A DNA stretch of 64,000 bases from an uncultured Chitinophagaceae bacterium. Its GTDB lineage: Bacteria; Bacteroidota; Ignavibacteria; UBA10030; UBA8401. The translations under genes and the position numbers were made by a program. The notes beneath the pieces were generated by a model. That model had not been told where the DNA came from. It worked only from the letters and a program-made list of their open reading frames with translations, and did not search any database. Where the stretch lies: contig CAYHFN010000012.1 in NCBI GenBank assembly GCA_964355925.1, positions 11,949-75,948 of the forward strand, given 5' to 3'. Shown one piece after another: positions 9,674 through 18,939 of the stretch; the stretch's first letter is position 1, and every line of letters begins with the position of its first letter.

Positions 9674-11169
9674 TGGGAGTTGTCATTAGACAAAGTATCA
9701 AAGCTACAATGGTTAGCTATTTTGGGGCGGTTATCGGTGCATTTTTAGTAATCTATTTATATCCAAAAATATTAACGCCAGAACAAATCGGATTAACAAG
9801 GATACTAAATGAATCAGCACTTCTTTTTTCATTTTTTGCTCAAGTTGGAATGAGCAGCGTTGCCATAAAATTTTTTCCATATTTTAAGGATACTGCCAAT
9901 AATGATAATGGATTTACATTTCTTGTTTTTATAGTTCCATTGATAGGTTTTATCCTTTTTATTTTTTTGTTCCAGTTCTTTCAAGGTGGAATTATATCAC
10001 TCTTTCTTCAAAAGTCAGGCTTATTTACAAATTATTTATTTTTTGTTATTCCACTAACCTTCTTCGCTATTTATACTGCAATTTCAGAAACGTATGCTTC
10101 TTTATTACAGCGCATCGTTGTTCCAAAATTTATCAAAGAAGTGTTAATTCGGTTGCTTACGATTGTTATTGTCATTGCTTTCTTTTACGATAAAATTTCT
10201 TTAGACCAATTTGTTTTATTATTTACTGGTATCTATGGGATAGCAACAATTCTTAATCTGATCTATCTTAATTCAATTAAAAAATTAAATTTCAAACCAA
10301 ATCTTCAATTTATCCATGGTTCTTTAAAAAAAGAATTACTTTGGTTCATGCTTTATATGATGGTGGTTGGAGTTGGATCAATTCTATCAAGTAAAGTAGA
10401 TGTCTTTATGCTAAGCAATAGAGTAAGTCTATCGGGAACTGGGATATTTACAATAGCGTATTTCATTGCATCCTTTATTGAGATGCCGTCTCGTGCAATT
10501 TTTCAAATGGTAACACCATTTACATCCGAGGCATTGAAAAATAATAATATTGCATTAGTTGAATCACTTTATAAGCGAACATCAATTAATCAACTTATGG
10601 TGGCAGGCTTATTATTTTTGTTGATTTGGATTAACGCCGAAAATATCTTTAGAATTATGCCGAACGGGAAAGTTTTCGAAACCGGTAAATATGTGATTCT
10701 ATTTATTGGTTTGGCAAAAGTCTTTGATGCTTTGACTGGTATCAATGCAATAATTCTAGGGAATTCAAAATATTATTACTACACACTTTATTTTATTTTC
10801 TTTCTTGCAATTGTTACCATAGTCAGCAATCTGTACTTTATTCCGATCTGGGGAATTGTTGGCTCAGCGTTTGCAACGTTCATTTCGGTTATCGTTTACA
10901 ATTCAATTCTGGTAGTTTTCGTAAAGTGGAAAATAGGGGTTCAGCCGTTTACCAAAGATACATTAATTGCAATACTGTTCCTGATATTATCCTATTGTTC
11001 TTCTTTTTTAATTCCAGTATTGGACAACCCAATTATTGATTTGTTTGTCAGGTCAATAGTAGTTTCTACTATTTTTGTTTCCGCAATATATTATTTTAAT
11101 GTTTCAGATGATATTTCTAACGTAATTCAAATAGGTATACAAAAGGCAATAGCAATAATTAAAAAATGA
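9673..11169 (+). CDS. MOP/Wzx-type polysaccharide flippase
   Basis: 498 aa, about 12-14 TM helices and very AT-rich. The start ATG overlaps the upstream stop (TAATG). Confidence 0.7.
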   Translation: MGVVIRQSIKATMVSYFGAVIGAFLVIYLYPKILTPEQIGLTRILNESALLFSFFAQVGMSSVAIKFFPYFKDTANNDNGFTFLVFIVPLIGFILFIFLFQFFQGGIISLFLQKSGLFTNYLFFVIPLTFFAIYTAISETYASLLQRIVVPKFIKEVLIRLLTIVIVIAFFYDKISLDQFVLLFTGIYGIATILNLIYLNSIKKLNFKPNLQFIHGSLKKELLWFMLYMMVVGVGSILSSKVDVFMLSNRVSLSGTGIFTIAYFIASFIEMPSRAIFQMVTPFTSEALKNNNIALVESLYKRTSINQLMVAGLLFLLIWINAENIFRIMPNGKVFETGKYVILFIGLAKVFDALTGINAIILGNSKYYYYTLYFIFFLAIVTIVSNLYFIPIWGIVGSAFATFISVIVYNSILVVFVKWKIGVQPFTKDTLIAILFLILSYCSSFLIPVLDNPIIDLFVRSIVVSTIFVSAIYYFNVSDDISNVIQIGIQKAIAIIKK

Positions 11170-11453
11170 TCGAAGCTACTCAGCGTTTATTAATTAGAAA
11201 CCGTTATAGTCTAAGCGGTCCGACAAAGTTCTGCAATGCGGGACGACGCAAATGAATCGGGTTGTAATGAAAATGAACGCACAGATAGCCTCGTTAAGCA
11301 TAAAAATAGAGGTAGACGAGTCTTTAACTACCAGACGAAGTCAACACTATAAATTATAATCCAGCAGTATTTCTACTATAAACGCGCAACACATTCCGCC
11401 TTAAATTCCTAAAAGAATATTATTTACTCACCTTACACAAAATATGAAATTAG

Positions 11454-11545
11454 TCATGCTGAGCGAGGCATAACATAAATTTATTAGGTCATCCTTCGAC
11501 GCATGGCGCTAAAGCGCCATTTGCTCAGGTCCGAAGGACCACTTC
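11454..11545. repeat. GC-rich palindromic intergenic repeat module cluster (includes a 35-nt exact repeat at 11494-11528)
   Basis: gtcatgctgagcga ... cttcgacgcatggcgc-taaa-gcgccatttgctcag gtccgaaggaccacttcgggg. The hairpin atggcgc/taaa/gcgccat is present. The 35-mer recurs exactly at 18887-18921. Confidence 0.8.
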
Positions 11546-11812
11546 GGGGATAACTTTTATTGTTGTGCCGAGTCGAAGCATTTTTACCTCTTTGCGTAAC
11601 GACAGTTATTCAGACAAATTGGTACGCAACCAATCAATTAGCAGTTGCTCGCCGACTAAAATGTCAGTACTTTTTAAATATACAAGGGCATATCTAAAAA
11701 CTCAAAAAACGGAACTTCGGTCGCTTCCTGCCCGACTGCGTTGGTCAGGCGGGCGCTCCTCCAATGACGGTAATGTTTTTAGGGGTACCGATAAATCAAT
11801 TATGGAGTTACG

Positions 11813-13123
11813 ATGAAATACATCTTAGTAGTGATTATTTCTGCCGTTATTTTTATTGGATGTACAAAGGATTCATCTACAAATGCGCCGCAAAAATTAC
11901 AAGGCGGCAATGGTTCGGTAGGTTTGATTTTTGACAAAGTTTCCACACCGGAAGGCGTTGTGAGTATAAATGCAACGCTAAGTCGTAACGGAAATATTTC
12001 CATTACAAAAACCCTGAATCTTTTGTCAGATTCATCTGCCGAAGCCTTGTTCGAAAATATTGCAATAGGAATCTGGAAATTAAAAGTTGATGCAACGAAT
12101 TCATCAAGTCAGGTTCTCTATACAGGTCAAGCGGATGTGACTGTGATTGAAGGTATTATAACTCAAGTAAGCCTTGTATTGCAACCTATTAGTAATGGAA
12201 CGGGGGGTATTAAAATAAATGTGAGTTGGGGAAATACACCTCTTTCATGGATTGATTTTGGAAATAATCCGGTGCTTAAAAAACAAACAACAAAATATGA
12301 CGGACGTGGTATTGGTTATCCGATAGTCTTCAGGGAAGATTCATTGTATCGATTATATTATACTAATATTCAAAGCCAGGTAGATTCTAATGGTGCATTT
12401 AGTTCTGTTGGTCTTGCAACGTCTATTGATGGAATACAATGGAAACATTATTCCCAAGAACCAGTATTGAAACCAACTAAAAATGGTTGGGACGCAGCCA
12501 TTGTAGTGTCAGGACAAGTTTTGAAGGATGGAAATATTTATAAAATGTTTTACGAGGGTGCATCCATAGTTGGCGGTCAATTAAAAATCGGATTAGCGAC
12601 TTCGTTGGATGGTATCCATTGGGATAAAAGATCAGAACCAGTATTTCAAGGAACGACGGGTTGGGAAACTTCAATTGGGGTTTGGGGAGTAGTGAAAGTA
12701 AATACTACATTTTATATGTATTATCATTCTGCTGTTCCACAAAATATTGGACTTGCAACTTCGGCTGATGGAATTAATTGGACCAGGTATTCAGGGAATC
12801 CTATCGTCGTTCCAAGTCAAAACTGGGAAAGTTCAGGTATTGCCATGGCTTCCGTAATATTTGATAATGGTTTATTTAAAATGGTTTATCTTAATGGAGA
12901 TTACAGCGCAAGTTTTGGATATGCAACTTCGAAAGACGGAATTATTTGGGTAAAAGATTTGGTAAATCCAATATTCTCAAAAGCAAAAACATTGAATAAT
13001 TGGGCACCTGGAACGATCAGTTATTCGTTTCTTACAAAAATTGGTAATCAAGAAAGAATTTATTATACCGGTAATAATTCTGGGAATAGTGAAATGTCAA
13101 TTGGTTTTGCTTATAAAAAGTAG
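11813..13123 (+). CDS. lipoprotein with N-terminal Ig-like domain and C-terminal 5-bladed beta-propeller (GH43/GH130/DUF377-like glycosidase fold)
   Basis: The lipobox-like signal is MKYILVVIISAVIFIGC. The motif G(L/Y)ATSxDGIxW recurs four times (GLATSIDGIQW, GLATSLDGIHW, GLATSADGINW, GYATSKDGIIW), which indicates propeller blades. Confidence 0.5.
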   Translation: MKYILVVIISAVIFIGCTKDSSTNAPQKLQGGNGSVGLIFDKVSTPEGVVSINATLSRNGNISITKTLNLLSDSSAEALFENIAIGIWKLKVDATNSSSQVLYTGQADVTVIEGIITQVSLVLQPISNGTGGIKINVSWGNTPLSWIDFGNNPVLKKQTTKYDGRGIGYPIVFREDSLYRLYYTNIQSQVDSNGAFSSVGLATSIDGIQWKHYSQEPVLKPTKNGWDAAIVVSGQVLKDGNIYKMFYEGASIVGGQLKIGLATSLDGIHWDKRSEPVFQGTTGWETSIGVWGVVKVNTTFYMYYHSAVPQNIGLATSADGINWTRYSGNPIVVPSQNWESSGIAMASVIFDNGLFKMVYLNGDYSASFGYATSKDGIIWVKDLVNPIFSKAKTLNNWAPGTISYSFLTKIGNQERIYYTGNNSGNSEMSIGFAYKK

Positions 13124-13150
13124 ATAATCGAGATCAATATTTAAACTTTA

Positions 13151-13178
13151 ATCCCCGAGGTTGTTTCGGGGATTTTTA
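13151..13178 (+). terminator. rho-independent terminator
   Basis: atccccga-ggttgtt-tcggggat is followed by ttttt, 28 nt after the stop codon. Confidence 0.6.
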
Positions 13179-13273
13179 TTTGTAACTTTAATCCAAACAT
13201 TCTATTCTTTATACATGAAATATTTTTAGAATTTACTAATTGTTAAATACTTGATAATTCTTCTAAAAAGCCC

Positions 13274-14500
13274 ATGAGCTATACATTCGTTAAAATAACA
13301 ACGTACTACCGTGATTATCTCAAACAGTATTACGAAAATAATCCGCAATTGTCATTGTTGTCCTACGATGATCAGCATTTGCATTTAATGAGCCAAGCGT
13401 ACGGCTGGTCGGATTATTTTGCAAAATATTTACGTGAGCTTGGTGTTGATGCGTATGAAATAGTATCAAATGCAAAACCGTTACAACAAACTTGGGGAAA
13501 AGAAAATGGGATTATCGGCGGTGATGACGATGTTGTTTTTGAGCAGATCAAAAAGATCAGACCGGATGTCATTTTTTTTCAAGACAGCTTAAAATTCGGC
13601 AAAGAGTTTGTCAAGAGAGTAAAGGCAGAAATTCCTTCGGTGCGATTCACCATTGGATGGTGCTGCACAGTCTATTCGGACGAAAACATAGATGATTTTC
13701 GGGCATTTGATTGCATGATGGTCTGTTCTGAACATTATGCGTCAGATTTTCGACGACGTGGTCTAAAGGTTTTTCAAATGCATCATGCCTTTGAACCATC
13801 GTTGCTTCCACGCATTCAAGAGAACAACTTCTATCCAGAAAATGATTTTACGTTCATTGGCTCATTAATTCCCGGAAGTGAATTTCATATGTTCCGTCAG
13901 GAATTGATCGAACATTTAATTGAATCGAATGTCAATCTGGAAATATTTGCAAATCTTACAGTCATTTCTCAGACGGATCTGTTCTTCCGCCGGAGTGCAT
14001 ACGCTGCAAATGTTTTGTTAAAAACCCTAGGATTGAAGAATCTTGCCCATAATTTACCGTTGATCAATAAAGCATATACTTTAAAAGAGATACCGAGAAA
14101 TTTCAACAATATATCGGCAATTCAACGAATTGCAAAACCACCAATCTATGGGATTGAAATGTTCAAAGCACTTTCAAAATCAAGGATCGGTTTCAATGTC
14201 CACGGGGATGGGGCGGGTGATTATGCGGCAAATGTTCGTATCTTTGAAGTGACCGGTGCCGGTTCATGTCTGTTGACGGACTGGAAAAAAAATATGAGCG
14301 ATTTGTTTGAAGATGATAAAGAAGTAGTATTATTCAAGTCAATAGACGAATGCAAAGAGAAATTGCAATGGCTTCTGGATCATCCTAAAGAACGGAAAGA
14401 AATTGCTGAATGTGGCCAACAGCGAATTTTAAGAAGTCACACGTATAAACATAGAGCGGAACAATTACATTCTATCATTCTTGATTATTTACGAAAATAA
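13274..14500 (+). CDS. CgeB-family / DUF3880-type glycosyltransferase-like protein
   Basis: The C-terminal part (ANVRIFEVTGAGSCLLTD...EVVLFKS.DE..EKL.WLL.HP.ERKEIAE.GQQR.L..HTY.HRAEQL) resembles the CgeB family. Confidence 0.6.
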   Translation: MSYTFVKITTYYRDYLKQYYENNPQLSLLSYDDQHLHLMSQAYGWSDYFAKYLRELGVDAYEIVSNAKPLQQTWGKENGIIGGDDDVVFEQIKKIRPDVIFFQDSLKFGKEFVKRVKAEIPSVRFTIGWCCTVYSDENIDDFRAFDCMMVCSEHYASDFRRRGLKVFQMHHAFEPSLLPRIQENNFYPENDFTFIGSLIPGSEFHMFRQELIEHLIESNVNLEIFANLTVISQTDLFFRRSAYAANVLLKTLGLKNLAHNLPLINKAYTLKEIPRNFNNISAIQRIAKPPIYGIEMFKALSKSRIGFNVHGDGAGDYAANVRIFEVTGAGSCLLTDWKKNMSDLFEDDKEVVLFKSIDECKEKLQWLLDHPKERKEIAECGQQRILRSHTYKHRAEQLHSIILDYLRK

Positions 14501-14502
14501 TT

Positions 14503-15141
14503 ATGGCGAAAAAAAATAAGAAACGAATATTGATCCTTGCTCCTCATACCGATGACGGCGAACTTGGATGTGGCGGAACGATATCACGTTTTGCTGAAGA
14601 AGGAAACGATGTCTATTACATAGCTTTTTCAACAGCAGAACAATCATTACCGTCGGGTTTTCCCCCGAACACACTTGAAGTTGAAGTGAAAGCTGCAACA
14701 AAGGTGCTCGGTATTCTGCCAAAGAATCTTGTGATTTTTAATCACGAAGTGCGTAAACTCAATTATATCCGTCAGGAAATATTAGAGGAACTGATCAAAC
14801 TGCGAAGAGACATACAGCCGTCGCTTATTTTTCTTCCTTCACCCAACGATCTTCACCAGGATCATCATACGGTTTCCGAAGAAGGGGTTCGGGCATTCAA
14901 AAATTCCAGTATTTTGGGATATGAACTATTGTGGAATAATATTTCATTCAACACGCAGTCGTTCGTGATCCTTTCTGAGAAGCATGTGAGTACAAAAGTG
15001 AAAGCATTGAGAGAATATAAATCACAGCACCACCGGAAGTATCTTACCAAAGAGTTCATCACCGGCTGGGCGCGAACCCGTGGAACACAGATCAACACCG
15101 ATTTTGCAGAAGCGTTTGAAGTTGTTCGTTGGATTATTTAA
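14503..15141 (+). CDS. PIG-L/LmbE-family N-deacetylase
   Basis: ILILAPHTDDGELGCGGT and HQDHH metal-binding motifs. Confidence 0.8.
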   Translation: MAKKNKKRILILAPHTDDGELGCGGTISRFAEEGNDVYYIAFSTAEQSLPSGFPPNTLEVEVKAATKVLGILPKNLVIFNHEVRKLNYIRQEILEELIKLRRDIQPSLIFLPSPNDLHQDHHTVSEEGVRAFKNSSILGYELLWNNISFNTQSFVILSEKHVSTKVKALREYKSQHHRKYLTKEFITGWARTRGTQINTDFAEAFEVVRWII

Positions 15142-15151
15142 GGAATTAGAC

Positions 15152-16090
15152 ATGATAAAAAATTACTATTCATTCTCCGAGATAGAGTTGACAGTTGGGA
15201 TGAACTGTGCCGTGTATGGAAAGAAAGAGGAGATTACATTTAATAATGTTAAACCGATCTACGAAGCAGACGAGTTATCATTGGCTTGGGTCAATTCGAA
15301 AAAAAATATTGATGTTTCAGCAAGTAAAGCAAAAGTGATTTTAGTTGATCCCGGATTTAAACCTACCGATGACTTGTTAAAGACAAAAATATTTATTGTT
15401 GTAGAAAATCCGAAGTTGGCATATATCCGTGTCGTTGAAAAATTCTTTATTGAAAAACCACAATACGAAATTCACCCAACAGCTTTTGTCCATTCCGGAG
15501 CAAAAATTCATCCGCAGACCCACATTGGCCCATTTTCGTACGTTGGGAAAAGCACAATCGGCGAAGGAACAATCGTATATGGGCACTGTTTCATTTATGA
15601 CAACGTTACTATCGGAAAAAATGTCATTGTCCAAGCTGGCGCAATCATTGGTGGAGACGGTTATGGCTATTCTCGAAATGAACAAGGGGAGTTTGAAAAA
15701 TTTCCTCACGTCGGCGGAGTAGTTATTGAAGACGATGTCGAAATCGGCGCCAATACGTGTATTGACAAGGGAACATTAGGGAATACTCTCATTTGTGAAG
15801 GTGCAAAGATTGATAATCTTGTTCATATTGCACACAATGTTATTGTTGGAAAACATGCCGCCGTCATTGCCCACTCAATGATCGGGGGCAGTACGGAGAT
15901 TGGCGACTATAGTTGGATAGCACCTTCAGCAGCATTAATGAATGGAATTAGCATTGGAAATAAAGCAACAGTTGGCTTAGGTGCAGTGGTCACGAAGAGT
16001 ATTCCTGACGGCGAAACGTGGGCAGGCGTACCGGCGCAGCCACTAAAAGATTTTGTAGTAATACAAAAGAAATTGAAGGAATTAAAATAA
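15152..16090 (+). CDS. LpxD-like left-handed beta-helix N-acyltransferase
   Basis: I chose the start at MIKNYY (ATG 15152), just after the upstream stop. The protein has an LpxD-style N-terminal domain, then long hexapeptide repeats (IHPTAFVHSGAKIHPQTHIGPFSYVGKSTIGEGTIV...), and ends ETWAGVPAQPLK. Confidence 0.7.
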   Translation: MIKNYYSFSEIELTVGMNCAVYGKKEEITFNNVKPIYEADELSLAWVNSKKNIDVSASKAKVILVDPGFKPTDDLLKTKIFIVVENPKLAYIRVVEKFFIEKPQYEIHPTAFVHSGAKIHPQTHIGPFSYVGKSTIGEGTIVYGHCFIYDNVTIGKNVIVQAGAIIGGDGYGYSRNEQGEFEKFPHVGGVVIEDDVEIGANTCIDKGTLGNTLICEGAKIDNLVHIAHNVIVGKHAAVIAHSMIGGSTEIGDYSWIAPSAALMNGISIGNKATVGLGAVVTKSIPDGETWAGVPAQPLKDFVVIQKKLKELK

Positions 16091-16125
16091 CAATTTCTAT
16101 TATGATCTATCTTTTCAAGTAATAC

Positions 16126-16803
16126 ATGTCAACACCAACACAACATATTGATGATCCATCAACAAATGATAATCGTAACTATGATTATTCACAACACCAA
16201 GAAAGCGAGAGGGCAGAATATCCGCTGATAGTGGATATGGTAAAACAAAATTCCCGTGTGATCGATCTCGGATGCGGGAATGGAGCATTGCTTGCGCTTT
16301 TAAAAAGGGAAAAGGGTATTGTTGATTTTGGGTTGGAAATATCGGAAAGCGGTGTCACCGTTTGCCAAGAGCGTGGATTGAACGTTCGTTTGGGAAGGAT
16401 CGATGAACGGCTTCCGTTTGACGACAATACTTTTGACTACGCGATCTGCAATGTAACGATTCAAATGGTGATGTATCCCGAAGTATTGTTGAAAGAGATG
16501 AAACGAGTTGCAAAATACCAGATCGTTTCATTTCCCAATTTTGCATTTTGGAAGAATCGATTCGATCTGATGTTCAATGGAAGAATGCCGCGTCCTATGT
16601 TGTTCAATTATTCATGGTATGGCACAGGGCATGTCCACCAATTATCATTTTCCGATTTTAAACAACTTATCGATGATATCGGCGGATTAAAAATTGTTAC
16701 GCAAAAGTTCAATGAGCCTAACGATCTGTTCCGAAAAATAATTGCAGCAATGTTTCCCGATCTATTTTACCTTCTTGGAATATTTCTTTTAGAAAAACAA
16801 TAA
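16126..16803 (+). CDS. MetW-like SAM-dependent methyltransferase
   Basis: DLGCGNGALLALL is a SAM motif. VSFPNFAFWKNRFDLMFNGRMP...WYGTGHVHQLSFSDF matches the MetW family signature region. Confidence 0.65.
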   Translation: MSTPTQHIDDPSTNDNRNYDYSQHQESERAEYPLIVDMVKQNSRVIDLGCGNGALLALLKREKGIVDFGLEISESGVTVCQERGLNVRLGRIDERLPFDDNTFDYAICNVTIQMVMYPEVLLKEMKRVAKYQIVSFPNFAFWKNRFDLMFNGRMPRPMLFNYSWYGTGHVHQLSFSDFKQLIDDIGGLKIVTQKFNEPNDLFRKIIAAMFPDLFYLLGIFLLEKQ

Positions 16804-17528
16804 TGAGCTTCCTTACATCTCTCATCAAAAAAGAACAATTTAATCCTGGAATCATTGGGATAATCACAAATCCGTTTTATTTTTCCCGTCGGGGATTGTT
16901 TCTTGCTATGACTGAATTGGGAAAAGACCTCTCAGGAAAACTTCTTGATATCGGCTGCGGAACAAAACCGTATGAACCATATCTTTTTGTTCAGCAGTAT
17001 ATTGGTGTTGAGATCGATACGGAACGAAGCCGGACGACATCAAAAGCAGATTTTTTCTACGATGGAACAAGAACTCCGTTTAATGACGGTGAGTTTGATT
17101 CTGTGCTGGCGAATGAAGTGTTTGAGCATGTGTTCAATCCGACAGAATTTTTGAGCGAAGTAAATCGTGTCTTAAAAATCGGCGGAAAATTTCTGCTAAC
17201 TGTTCCGTTTGTGTGGGATGAACATGAGCAACCGCACGATTATGCACGGTACACCTCGTTTGGACTGAAACATATTCTACAGGAGCATGGCTTTGAAGTT
17301 GTGAAACATAAAAAAAGTGTGACCAATGTCCGTGTTATCTTTCAACTCATCAACGAATACATCTATAAAAAGACTTATGTCAACAGTACAATCCCTCGTC
17401 AGATATTGAACACCGTGTTGATCTCACCGTTCACGGTAATTGGTATTTTGGTGTCTGCAATACTTCCTTCCAATGAAGATCTCTATCTTGACAATATCAT
17501 TTTAGTGCGGAAAATAAAGAATGGTTAA
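16803..17528 (+). CDS. class I SAM-dependent methyltransferase (Methyltransf_11-like)
   Basis: LLDIGCGTKPY and FDSVLANEVFEHV..P...L.E..RVLK.GG motifs. Confidence 0.75.
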   Translation: MSFLTSLIKKEQFNPGIIGIITNPFYFSRRGLFLAMTELGKDLSGKLLDIGCGTKPYEPYLFVQQYIGVEIDTERSRTTSKADFFYDGTRTPFNDGEFDSVLANEVFEHVFNPTEFLSEVNRVLKIGGKFLLTVPFVWDEHEQPHDYARYTSFGLKHILQEHGFEVVKHKKSVTNVRVIFQLINEYIYKKTYVNSTIPRQILNTVLISPFTVIGILVSAILPSNEDLYLDNIILVRKIKNG

Positions 17529-18504
17529 TTTCTGCACATTATTCGATTCAAATTATTCATCCCGCGGTTTAACACAGTATCGTTCGCTCGAAAGAGTATG
17601 CAATGATTTTCATCTGTATATCTTTGCATTTGATGATCGGTCGTATTCTGTTCTTCAAAAACTCGATCTTCAATATGCGACGATCATTTCATTGAAAGAA
17701 TTTGAAGATGAGGAATTGCTTCGCGTGAAACCGACACGGTCCCGCGCAGAATATTGCTGGACATCAACCTCATCAACCATTCTGTATGTGCTGGAAAAAT
17801 ATCATGTTGAAATGTGTACGTATCTTGATGCGGATATGATGTTCTTTGGATCTCCGGAGGCGTTGTTTGATGAAATGGGAAATAATTCTGTGATGATCAC
17901 CGAACATCGATATTCTCCCCGATATAACAAAGAAGCACTCAGCGGAAAATATTGCGTACAATTTGTCTCATTTAAGAACGATGAACGAGGTTTAGCCGTA
18001 CTTCGCTGGTGGCGTGAGCGATGTATTGAATGGTGTTATGCACGGTTTGAAACAGGGAAATTCGGCGACCAGAAATATCTTGATGATTGGACGTCACGGT
18101 TCAACGGTGTTCACGAATTGCAGCATCTTGGCGGTGGAATGGCTGCGTGGAATGTTCAACAGTATGATGTATTTAAAAAAAATGGTAGATTGTTCGGAAG
18201 AGCGAAAAACAACGAACAAGAATTTCCAGTGATCTTCTATCATTTTCATTATCTTCGTTTTCTTGATCACGACCGAATTGAATTGGGAAGACGGTTGTTA
18301 TCCGATGATGTACTGCGGTTATTGTATGTTCCATATTTGGACGAATTAGAGAAGGCAAAGAATGAAATATCATCGATCGATCCGTCATTCGATCCGCATG
18401 GAACAGGGAAATACGAATATTCAATCAAATCGTTGATATTATTTGTTTACCGAAAAATCTTTACGATTTACCATATTTACCCATTGAAAAAATTTCTTCA
18501 TTGA
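17521..18504 (+). CDS. nucleotide-diphospho-sugar transferase (GT8-like fold)
   Basis: The N-terminus FCTLFDSNYSSRGL and the DxD-like YLDADMMFF suggest this fold. The family assignment is tentative. Confidence 0.5.
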   Translation: MVNFCTLFDSNYSSRGLTQYRSLERVCNDFHLYIFAFDDRSYSVLQKLDLQYATIISLKEFEDEELLRVKPTRSRAEYCWTSTSSTILYVLEKYHVEMCTYLDADMMFFGSPEALFDEMGNNSVMITEHRYSPRYNKEALSGKYCVQFVSFKNDERGLAVLRWWRERCIEWCYARFETGKFGDQKYLDDWTSRFNGVHELQHLGGGMAAWNVQQYDVFKKNGRLFGRAKNNEQEFPVIFYHFHYLRFLDHDRIELGRRLLSDDVLRLLYVPYLDELEKAKNEISSIDPSFDPHGTGKYEYSIKSLILFVYRKIFTIYHIYPLKKFLH

Positions 18505-18516
18505 GCATTTCAAATT

Positions 18517-18879
18517 ATGGCGTATATCATTCAATTAAAAACACATTCCGATAAACGAGGGAATCTTACTGTAATAGAGAAGGAGATTCCGTTTGATGTG
18601 AAACGGACATTCTATATCTATGGAGTGGATGATTCGATCCGGGGGGGACATCGGCATCATACAACATTTCAAGCGTGTATCTGTGTCCACGGAAGCTGTA
18701 TCGTTTCGAACAATGACGGAACATTGAAACAGGATTTTGTTCTTGACCATCCGAACAAATGTTTGATCCTTGAGCCGCGCGATTGGCACACGATGCATCA
18801 TTTCACTCCGGATGCCGTTTTTCTTGTCTTTGCGTCGGAATTATTTAATCCCAAAGATTATATCTACGAGCAATATTAA
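18517..18879 (+). CDS. fdtA: WxcM/FdtA-like cupin, dTDP-4-keto-6-deoxyhexose 3,4-ketoisomerase
   Basis: 120 aa. HSDKRGNLTVIE..IPFDVKR.FYIY.V....RGGH.H is typical of FdtA/WxcM-like domains. Confidence 0.75.
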   Translation: MAYIIQLKTHSDKRGNLTVIEKEIPFDVKRTFYIYGVDDSIRGGHRHHTTFQACICVHGSCIVSNNDGTLKQDFVLDHPNKCLILEPRDWHTMHHFTPDAVFLVFASELFNPKDYIYEQY

Positions 18880-18886
18880 TTTCATA

Positions 18887-18921
18887 CTTCGACGCATGGC
18901 GCTAAAGCGCCATTTGCTCAG
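18887..18921. repeat. second exact copy of the 35-nt palindromic repeat, in the fdtA-fdtB spacer
   Basis: cttcgacgcatggcgctaaagcgccatttgctcag is identical to 11494-11528. It is followed by catgac, so the reverse complement gtcatgctgagc matches the motif at 11454. Confidence 0.85.
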
Positions 18922-18939
18922 CATGACTTAAAAAATATT

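Noticed and set aside
11565-11816. 83-aa ORF in the flippase-lipoprotein intergenic island
   Set aside because: It reads straight through GC-rich repeat modules (…SLPARLRWSGGRSSNDG…). It has no RBS or family resemblance and overlaps the start of the next gene. It is most likely a spurious repeat-derived frame.
15080-15151. Upstream extension of the LpxD-like ORF overlapping the PIG-L gene by 62 nt (possible frameshift or fusion)
   Set aside because: The PIG-L gene ends with a normal stop at 15141, and an ATG at 15152 begins a sensible N-terminus. A programmed frameshift does not need to be invoked.
11494-18921. Whether the identical 35-nt hairpin repeats could be CRISPR repeats
   Set aside because: There are only two copies, about 7.4 kb apart and separated by ordinary genes. 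There is no regular repeat-spacer periodicity and no cas genes in the window.
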